From sequence record MW879344.1: a DNA stretch of 64,000 bases. The stretch is one strand, 5' to 3'. Positions 57,917 through 64,000 of the stretch are shown one piece after another. The translations under genes were made by a program, and so were the position numbers. Under the pieces are notes generated by a model. That model was not told the origin of the DNA, made no database searches, and saw only the letters and a list, made by a program, of their open reading frames with translations. Each line of letters opens with the position of its first letter. Position 1 is the stretch's first letter.

Positions 57917-58394
57917 TGTACGTTTAAATCTGAACGCCGTGGTTTATGCAATAAATTGCGGCACAGATATTACATATATCCAGCTTAATGAGCAAGATGA
58001 ATTTGAACGTTTAAAGTTCAATGACAACTGCAAGAAATTTGGACTATCGGAACGTATGTTAGATTACACCATAGAACATGATAAAAATCATGAATTATGG
58101 CGGTATGATCCAGCTTATGATAAAATCAACTTAGAAGATTATTTTCTTTCTTTATGTAGTACTGATATAGAACGTGATAGAGTACTATATGAATTAAGTT
58201 TATATGAAAACTATAACATGACTAAACTATTACGCTGTATGATATGGTTGGTAGATTACCTAGAAGAACATAATATTTTTTGGGGATTAGGTCGTGGAAG
58301 TTCCGTAAGTAGCTTCTGTTTATACTTGATTGGATTACACTTAGTTGATTCAGTTAAATATGAATTAGATGTGAATGAATTTTTGAAATGGTAA
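57876..58394 (+). CDS. dnaE: DnaE-like N-terminal palm/thumb fragment (N-part of a split C-family polymerase)
   Basis: DRVLYEL, WGLGRGSSVSSFCLYLIGLHLVDSVKYELDVNEFL aligns with DnaE [34 protein letters not shown]; start 57855 or 57876. Confidence 0.88.
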   Translation: MKVQENRTISEDGDVRLNLNAVVYAINCGTDITYIQLNEQDEFERLKFNDNCKKFGLSERMLDYTIEHDKNHELWRYDPAYDKINLEDYFLSLCSTDIERDRVLYELSLYENYNMTKLLRCMIWLVDYLEEHNIFWGLGRGSSVSSFCLYLIGLHLVDSVKYELDVNEFLKW

Positions 58395-58412
58395 AAAAAT
58401 TTATGGTATAAT
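58384..58412 (+). promoter_or_regulatory. middle-type promoter TGAAAT-N17-TATAAT
   Basis: Exact spacing, TATGG before the -10. Confidence 0.8.
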
Positions 58413-58442
58413 ATACCAGTAGTACAGTGAAAAGGGATTTTT

Positions 58443-58817
58443 ATGAAAAAACATACTAGCTATCGCGGTCAGAAAATCGATATGGAAATGTTGAAATTTC
58501 AACATCAATATAGCGTAGCCGTTGGTAACGCAAACATGAATGCACGTGGCGATATTATTGGTCGTGGCGGCACTGTTGTTAAGAAGCGTGAAGAACTATT
58601 AGCAGAACGTGAACGTGAATTGCAAAAACCTGACATTAGTCCAGAACACCAAAGCCATTCTATGGCACCACAAATGGGTGATCCTATGGCATTTGCTGAT
58701 GATGGTTTTGATGATACACAGTTTGAAAGTTCCTCAACAGGTGAACCAATAGAAGAACCTGTAGAGAAAAAAGCACCAGTAAAACGTGCAAGAACTAAAG
58801 ACACGGACGCAGAATAA
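58443..58817 (+). CDS. hypothetical protein
   Basis: GQKIDM...AVGNANMNARGDIIGRGG. Confidence 0.7.
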   Translation: MKKHTSYRGQKIDMEMLKFQHQYSVAVGNANMNARGDIIGRGGTVVKKREELLAERERELQKPDISPEHQSHSMAPQMGDPMAFADDGFDDTQFESSSTGEPIEEPVEKKAPVKRARTKDTDAE

Positions 58818-58827
58818 GGAAATTAAC

Positions 58828-59148
58828 ATGGAGTCAAAAGTACTTAATGCCTGTAAAGGTAAAGTTCTAGTATCTGATTTAGATTCAGGTGAACAAGTTT
58901 TAAAATCCGGTATTGTCCTACGTGATGATGACGGTAAAGTACGTGGTGTACATAGTCGTTGGGCTAAAGTATATTCCGTAGGTGAAGATGTAACCGATCT
59001 TAAAGCTGGTGAATGGATTTTGGTATCTCATGGTAGATGGTCAAGAACTATTACAGTAGACGGTGTATCATTAAATTTAGTAGATTATCCTAAAGGTATC
59101 TTAGCAGCCTGTGATGAACGGCCTGACTTCCTTGGATTAGGATATTAA
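58828..59148 (+). CDS. groES: second co-chaperonin, GroES/gp31-like, lacking the roof hairpin
   Basis: GKVLV, KSGIVL mobile loop, AKVYSVGEDVTDLKAGEWILV, ILA. Confidence 0.8.
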   Translation: MESKVLNACKGKVLVSDLDSGEQVLKSGIVLRDDDGKVRGVHSRWAKVYSVGEDVTDLKAGEWILVSHGRWSRTITVDGVSLNLVDYPKGILAACDERPDFLGLGY

Positions 59149-59154
59149 TAACTT

Positions 59155-59180
59155 GCCCTGCATATGCAGGGCTTTCTTTT
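59155..59180 (+). terminator. intrinsic terminator
   Basis: GCCCTGC-atat-GCAGGGC-tttctttt. Confidence 0.75.
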
Positions 59181-59193
59181 TGTCGGTACTTTT

Positions 59194-59484
59194 ATGAGCG
59201 TAACTACAGATAACAAATTCAATTTTTATGATGTTAAGTTGGTTTCAACTAATAAATCTGGAAAGTTCTACTTTGAAGCTGCAAAGAATAGATCTAGAGT
59301 TTATGAAGTATCAGAGGATTTATTCAAAACGATGCTGGTTGCAGCAGCACAAAGAAGAAACACCAGTGAAGATTCAAGTGCATTAGCAAATTCATTTGAT
59401 TATCTTTTTGACCAACTAGAAATGACCGAAGAAATTTTTACAGCTTTACTATATCCAGAATGGATTAATGAAAACAAGGAATGA
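59194..59484 (+). CDS. hypothetical protein
   Basis: Start moved past the terminator to ATG 59194. Confidence 0.55.
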   Translation: MSVTTDNKFNFYDVKLVSTNKSGKFYFEAAKNRSRVYEVSEDLFKTMLVAAAQRRNTSEDSSALANSFDYLFDQLEMTEEIFTALLYPEWINENKE

Positions 59485-60440
59485 TTATGACCAGTCTATG
59501 GACAGAGAAGTACCGCCCAAATAATGTTGACGAATACGTATTCAAGAATCCAGCTTTTAAACTAAAGATGGAAGAATGGATCAGTACTGGTCAAATTCCA
59601 CATATTGGACTATTTGGACCAGCAGGTACAGGTAAGACTTCTGCCATTAAAGTACTAATTAATGGATTAGTCGAGAACGGATTCGTAGATCCATCCGATG
59701 TAACAACACTAAACATGTCAGATGAAGGTATGGATGCAGTACGTGATAAAATCGATGCTGCTGCTAGACTATCTGCATTTGGTGATTACCGTATCTTTGT
59801 ACTTGAAGAAATGGAACAAATGGGTTTAAAAGCTCAAGGTTCCTTAAAACGTATTATGGAAGATTATCACGAGAATGCTAGATTCATTCTTACTTCCAAT
59901 GAACCACACAAAATTATCAAACCAATTATCTCGCGTGTTCAATCTATCATGATTGAAAAACATGATCAAGATGAATTTACTACTCGCATCATTGAGATTC
60001 TTATCAATGAAGGTGTAGAACTAGATACTGAAGAAAGTTTAGATCTCGTTAATAAGTACATTAAATGTACATTCCCTGACTTCCGCAAAACATTAAACAC
60101 GTTGCAAAGTTCAGTAGTTGGTGGTAAGCTAGTACGTCTAGAGGAATCTATTGACAGTACTGCAAGCTATCGTGCAGCTATTATTGATGCACTTAAAGAA
60201 GGTAATATTCGTCAAATGCGGGAACGTATTGTTCAGAATATTCCCGAAGATGAAATTGATGGATTCTTCTCATTCTTATATCAGAATGTAGATATGTTCA
60301 CTACTGATGAAATCAAAGAAATGAAAATCAAGGTTAAGATTCGTGATGCTGTTGTAAAACAAGCGAACGTTTCTGATAGAGAAATGAATCTATCTGCACT
60401 TCTATGTGAAGTTGACCTTATTTGCCACGATCAAATGTAA
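59481..60440 (+). CDS. gp44: clamp-loader large subunit (gp44/RFC-like AAA+)
   Basis: LWTEKYRP, GPAGTGKT, LEEME, SRV(Q), DFRKTLNTLQ. Confidence 0.94.
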   Translation: MIMTSLWTEKYRPNNVDEYVFKNPAFKLKMEEWISTGQIPHIGLFGPAGTGKTSAIKVLINGLVENGFVDPSDVTTLNMSDEGMDAVRDKIDAAARLSAFGDYRIFVLEEMEQMGLKAQGSLKRIMEDYHENARFILTSNEPHKIIKPIISRVQSIMIEKHDQDEFTTRIIEILINEGVELDTEESLDLVNKYIKCTFPDFRKTLNTLQSSVVGGKLVRLEESIDSTASYRAAIIDALKEGNIRQMRERIVQNIPEDEIDGFFSFLYQNVDMFTTDEIKEMKIKVKIRDAVVKQANVSDREMNLSALLCEVDLICHDQM

Positions 60441-60451
60441 TAGGAAATTAA

Positions 60452-61075
60452 ATGCAAAACATGAAAAAGAAAGCAGTCATTTTTGACTGTGATGAAATTC
60501 TGTTAAATCATCTAGGTGGTTTTAAAAAGTACGTTCAGAAGTACTATGATATTGAAACTATCGGTGAGCCAATGCAATACAATTTACAAGATTGGTTACG
60601 CTGCGATGGTGAACAAGTGATGGATCTGTTGAAGAATTTCAACTTCTATTCATATGAGTTTGGACTTCTTGAACCTATGGATGAATTTACAGTTCAACGT
60701 ATGAAAGAACTACGTGAAAATCATCCAGATGTTGAATTTATTGTAGTGACCAAAAGTGGTACATTCGGACATGGTGAAGTACTACGTAAGGTAAACTTAC
60801 ATAATGTATTTGGTGATATGTTTGATGATATTATTATTCTTGAAAACTATGCATCTAAGCGTGGAACATATAATAAGTTAATGAAACAATACAATGTTAT
60901 TACTGTTGTTGATGATCATCTAGCAAATATTGATGTAGCAAAACAATTAGGCTTAGATGCAGTAGTCTTGGAATGTTCACATAATGTTACAGAGAAGGAT
61001 AATCCTTTTTACAATTATGTTCAAAATTGGAATGAAATGTACAATTACATTGATGCAAAAATCAAAGGGGAGTGA
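60452..61075 (+). CDS. HAD-superfamily phosphatase (5'-nucleotidase-like)
   Basis: IFDCDEIL, VVTKS, VDDHLANI. Confidence 0.82.
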   Translation: MQNMKKKAVIFDCDEILLNHLGGFKKYVQKYYDIETIGEPMQYNLQDWLRCDGEQVMDLLKNFNFYSYEFGLLEPMDEFTVQRMKELRENHPDVEFIVVTKSGTFGHGEVLRKVNLHNVFGDMFDDIIILENYASKRGTYNKLMKQYNVITVVDDHLANIDVAKQLGLDAVVLECSHNVTEKDNPFYNYVQNWNEMYNYIDAKIKGE

Positions 61076-61085
61076 TCCCCTTTTT
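61064..61085 (+). terminator. intrinsic terminator
   Basis: AAAGGGGA-gtga-TCCCCTTT-TT. Confidence 0.75.
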
Positions 61086-61152
61086 GTATAAGTAAATAAG
61101 GTTATATTATTATGTTTCTCGCATGAGAAATAACCTTAAAGGAAAGATATAC

Positions 61153-61722
61153 ATGGATAGTTCACAAGCAATTCAAAATCTTTACGACCAAGACGGATTA
61201 CTAGATATTCTTCTTGGAGTTGAAGAATATTTTGATAATATGGATTTGTATGCTTATAAGAACTGGATATACGGTGAAGTAGTAGAAGGGCCAATCGTTA
61301 GTAAGTATTGGGTTGAAATTACTTTAAAATTTGATCACAATACGTTTCCAGATCCAGTAGCTACACAAATGTTTGAGAGACAAGGAACGAAAATCTTCAT
61401 TCGTCCTGATTGGGAAATTTACCCTGTTTCACACCCACGCGGTAATGAAGATATGCAAAGTGTTTTAGGTAATAGCTCAAGTATGAGAAAACCTAAAGAT
61501 GAACGTAAAGCAATTATTTTATATAAATTTCAAATTCCAAGACGTTTAGTTAATCCTGAAAGCTTCGATGAATATAAACTAATGGCATCAGATTTCAATA
61601 GCAATACTATGCAAGCTGAAGCTGATGACCCTGAGAAACAAGAACCTCAAGATCAAGAACAAATGGATCAGCAGGATCAAAGTGATGATATTCAATTCGA
61701 TGACCCACAAGGAGGATTATAA
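61153..61722 (+). CDS. hypothetical protein
   Basis: GTAAATA motif at 61092-61098; Q/D-rich tail. Confidence 0.65.
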   Translation: MDSSQAIQNLYDQDGLLDILLGVEEYFDNMDLYAYKNWIYGEVVEGPIVSKYWVEITLKFDHNTFPDPVATQMFERQGTKIFIRPDWEIYPVSHPRGNEDMQSVLGNSSSMRKPKDERKAIILYKFQIPRRLVNPESFDEYKLMASDFNSNTMQAEADDPEKQEPQDQEQMDQQDQSDDIQFDDPQGGL

Positions 61723-62405
61723 TGTCTAAGAGAATTTATGAACGTGCATTAAGACCACTAGTACTAAAAGATTTAGTACACCCTATCATCAGTGTTGATG
61801 AATATACGCCAAAAATTGATGATGATAATATCGTAGTATTATTTCAAGTACTAGATAATTTCGATGCTGCTTATGACCTAAGTTCATTTATCGAACGTTC
61901 ACCAGTTGAAGTAATTGATACTGAAGCTGCTGAAACTCCGAATGTTGATGGACGTTATCAGGTTTTTGTTGAGTTCGAACGAAATGGAGAATTCCCTGCA
62001 AAATTGATAGATTTAATTAAATCAATCGAAAACATTTGTCCTAATCCAGATTGGAAATTACAAATGTACGGTGTTAATGATCCTATAGATTTAGATATTG
62101 ATAAAATTACTGATGGTATGGAACTCGTTAATGAAGAAGATTTGAAAGAATTTTTTGATTTTGCACCTGTAAATGTAGAAATTTTAAAAGAATCCATTAA
62201 ACTTAGAAGTGTATATGGTTCAGAATTGCATTACAGCTTAGGTTCAGGTATAGTTAATGAGAGCTACGTTACTGGTCTTCTAAAAGAAGAAATGACACTA
62301 GATGGCACTCGTTTAAGTGCTGTACTAGGAGAAAACTATGACGTGCTAAGAAGTGGGAAAAACTACATTGTAGGCATCAACGGACGTTATATAGTACTAA
62401 GATAA
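61722..62405 (+). CDS. hypothetical protein
   Basis: Coupled ORF with GGAGG SD. Confidence 0.65.
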   Translation: MSKRIYERALRPLVLKDLVHPIISVDEYTPKIDDDNIVVLFQVLDNFDAAYDLSSFIERSPVEVIDTEAAETPNVDGRYQVFVEFERNGEFPAKLIDLIKSIENICPNPDWKLQMYGVNDPIDLDIDKITDGMELVNEEDLKEFFDFAPVNVEILKESIKLRSVYGSELHYSLGSGIVNESYVTGLLKEEMTLDGTRLSAVLGENYDVLRSGKNYIVGINGRYIVLR

Positions 62406-63199
62406 TGAAAATATATAATATGTTAATTGCACTACATGAAAGTACTAAAACATCAATACAACAGTATGGTAATGTTGGTTTGAGTAAGCGTCTATATGTT
62501 AGGACGTATGAAATCAACAGAATCGGAAAGAATTATGATGAAGTAAATCGCAATGATGTAAGTACTGAGATGGTTCTCAAAGCATATTTGGCACGTAAAG
62601 TATACATTAATGAAAAATACCTTAGAGGAAGATTTTTAATTGATGAATTTTATGAGCAAGAGGTAGAATTCACTGAAGGTTTATGGAGAATATTCTCTAT
62701 GGAAGTATTCGGTGAACTTCTTCCAGAGTTACCAGTACCTACTACATATAAAGAATTACAACATATATTTGATCATAGTGATATGTATAAAGAATTCAAT
62801 TTATACACTACGGTCAAAGAAGCAGTTATTCATAATCAAATAGCTGATTCCGATAAATGTGTTAGTATTAGAGATTTCGATTTATTTTGTTCATTACCAG
62901 GAATTCCTGGTTGGACTTCAGTACAGCATGGTGCAAGCCTTGTTGACGGTCGCACAGAAGCCCCACAAAGGCTACTACAAGCGTGTATGGGAATGTATAG
63001 ATATGATTATCTGAAATGCCCTGAACCGTATGAAAACTTCTGGAAAGAACGTGCTGAGGCTGCGATGAAAAAAGCAGTTGCAATTTTGGAAAGAACGTAT
63101 ATAATAAAATTTAGAAATGCAACGATGTACGGCATGACGCCTGTACCGGAAAGATTTGATCCGGTAACCTCGTTTCATTGGAATATCAAAAGGACGTGA
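62405..63199 (+). CDS. hypothetical protein
   Basis: Coupled ORF ending in a terminator. Confidence 0.6.
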   Translation: MKIYNMLIALHESTKTSIQQYGNVGLSKRLYVRTYEINRIGKNYDEVNRNDVSTEMVLKAYLARKVYINEKYLRGRFLIDEFYEQEVEFTEGLWRIFSMEVFGELLPELPVPTTYKELQHIFDHSDMYKEFNLYTTVKEAVIHNQIADSDKCVSIRDFDLFCSLPGIPGWTSVQHGASLVDGRTEAPQRLLQACMGMYRYDYLKCPEPYENFWKERAEAAMKKAVAILERTYIIKFRNATMYGMTPVPERFDPVTSFHWNIKRT

Positions 63200-63218
63200 A
63201 TTTATTTTCGTCCTTTTT
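63188..63218 (+). terminator. intrinsic terminator (AAGGACG family)
   Basis: AAAAGGACG...CGTCCTTTTTT. Confidence 0.72.
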
Positions 63219-63229
63219 TATTTTCTCCC

Positions 63230-63317
63230 TTGACAGGGGTCACTTTTAAGCGTAGAATGTACCACATGAACACAGCGTAACAAAGTACTTGACAAAACGC
63301 TGAGTTCAATATAAAAT
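63230..63317 (+). promoter_or_regulatory. tandem canonical sigma70 (early) promoters
   Basis: TTGACA-N17-TAGAAT (63230-63258) and TTGACA-N17-TAAAAT (63289-63317). Confidence 0.85.
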
Positions 63318-63349
63318 CTTTCGAGTCAAAACCTAAAAAGGAAAAAGTA

Positions 63350-63940
63350 ATGAAAACTGTAAATTTCTTGTACACTGAAGGCGTTTCTTACAAAGCAACC
63401 AACGTTGAAAACATCGAGTCCGATGGTTATACTGTTGATTATTCTCGTACTGTTCAGAACGAATCTGGTACAGTTGTTGGGGTTGACTTCCGTTCTGTCA
63501 GTACCGAAGATTTGCTTTTCGCTACTGTAAAAGATCACAGTACTGGTATTGTTACAATCATCCCTGGTATCTACGATCATTTCGATATTGTGCCTAAAGG
63601 TAACGCGGTTACTCGTCAACAAAATATCGAACGCGAAGCGGCTGCCGTTGCAGCAAATCGTGCAGCAAAGGCACCAGAACGTAACGCTAAAGAACTTGCT
63701 AAGTTCGAAGCTCGCCGTGCAGCACGTAAAGCAGCATGGGAAGCTGAAAACGGCGTAACCCCTGTTGCCCCTGCTCCAACACCACGAGCCAAGGCTGTAG
63801 CTCCAGAAGCTCCTGTAATGATGATGAAAGCAGAGCCGACTCCTGCACCATCTGCAAATACTGCGATTGAACAGCTACGTAATGCTGGCGTTTCTGAAAG
63901 TGACATTGCAGTACTAAAATCTCTAAACGTGTTGAAATAA
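63350..63940 (+). CDS. putative early protein with A/R-rich helix and P/A-rich linker
   Basis: Behind early promoters; visibly higher GC than neighbouring genes. Confidence 0.7.
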   Translation: MKTVNFLYTEGVSYKATNVENIESDGYTVDYSRTVQNESGTVVGVDFRSVSTEDLLFATVKDHSTGIVTIIPGIYDHFDIVPKGNAVTRQQNIEREAAAVAANRAAKAPERNAKELAKFEARRAARKAAWEAENGVTPVAPAPTPRAKAVAPEAPVMMMKAEPTPAPSANTAIEQLRNAGVSESDIAVLKSLNVLK

Positions 63941-63941
63941 T

Positions 63942-63971
63942 TTGACACTCTGATAAAAAAGGATATATAAT
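63942..63971 (+). promoter_or_regulatory. possible sigma70 early promoter (TTGACA-N18-TATAAT)
   Basis: The -10 overlaps the ATG at 63970, so it cannot serve that ORF. Confidence 0.45.
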
Positions 63972-64000
63972 GGAAACCGGAAAATACTTAGTAGTATCGC
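63970..64000 (+). CDS. start of a hypothetical protein (partial)
   Basis: AAAGGA SD, then METGKYLVVS. Confidence 0.45.
   Translation, partial: METGKYLVVS

Overview
This window is a gene-dense, AT-rich (about 33% GC, estimated by eye) segment of a T4-related jumbo myophage genome. Gene content resembles the RaK2/GAP32/PBECO4-type enterobacterial jumbo phages; that assignment is inferred from gene content, not from a database hit. It holds a tail-fibre module and a dispersed T4-like replisome (PolB, sliding clamp, clamp-loader subunits, SSB, primase, helicase, UvsX/Y/W, Dda, two RNase H types, topoisomerase II). It also holds nucleotide-metabolism genes (NrdAB, DHFR, NTP pyrophosphatase, HAD phosphatase), the terminase, many head/baseplate proteins and host-like translation/proteostasis genes (IF3, ClpS, YggL-like, two GroES). 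I found no tRNA, CRISPR array, intein, intron or mobile element. The most notable observations are: (1) a miniature C-family (DnaE) polymerase split at its active site into two genes 33 kb apart; (2) a degenerate copy of the terminase ATPase domain directly upstream of the intact TerL; (3) the palindrome AGTACT repeated about 140 times (hand count, roughly 6x expectation); (4) twelve copies of a non-canonical promoter, TGRAAY-N12-TnTGnTATAAT, ahead of replication operons; (5) a hairpin that hides a Shine-Dalgarno sequence and carries a late promoter in its loop, controlling an operon of KTSC, HExxH-protease and GNAT-like putative virion cargo proteins; (6) a tandem pair of T4-T-like holins. 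Protein calls rest on motif recognition from memory, with no searches run.
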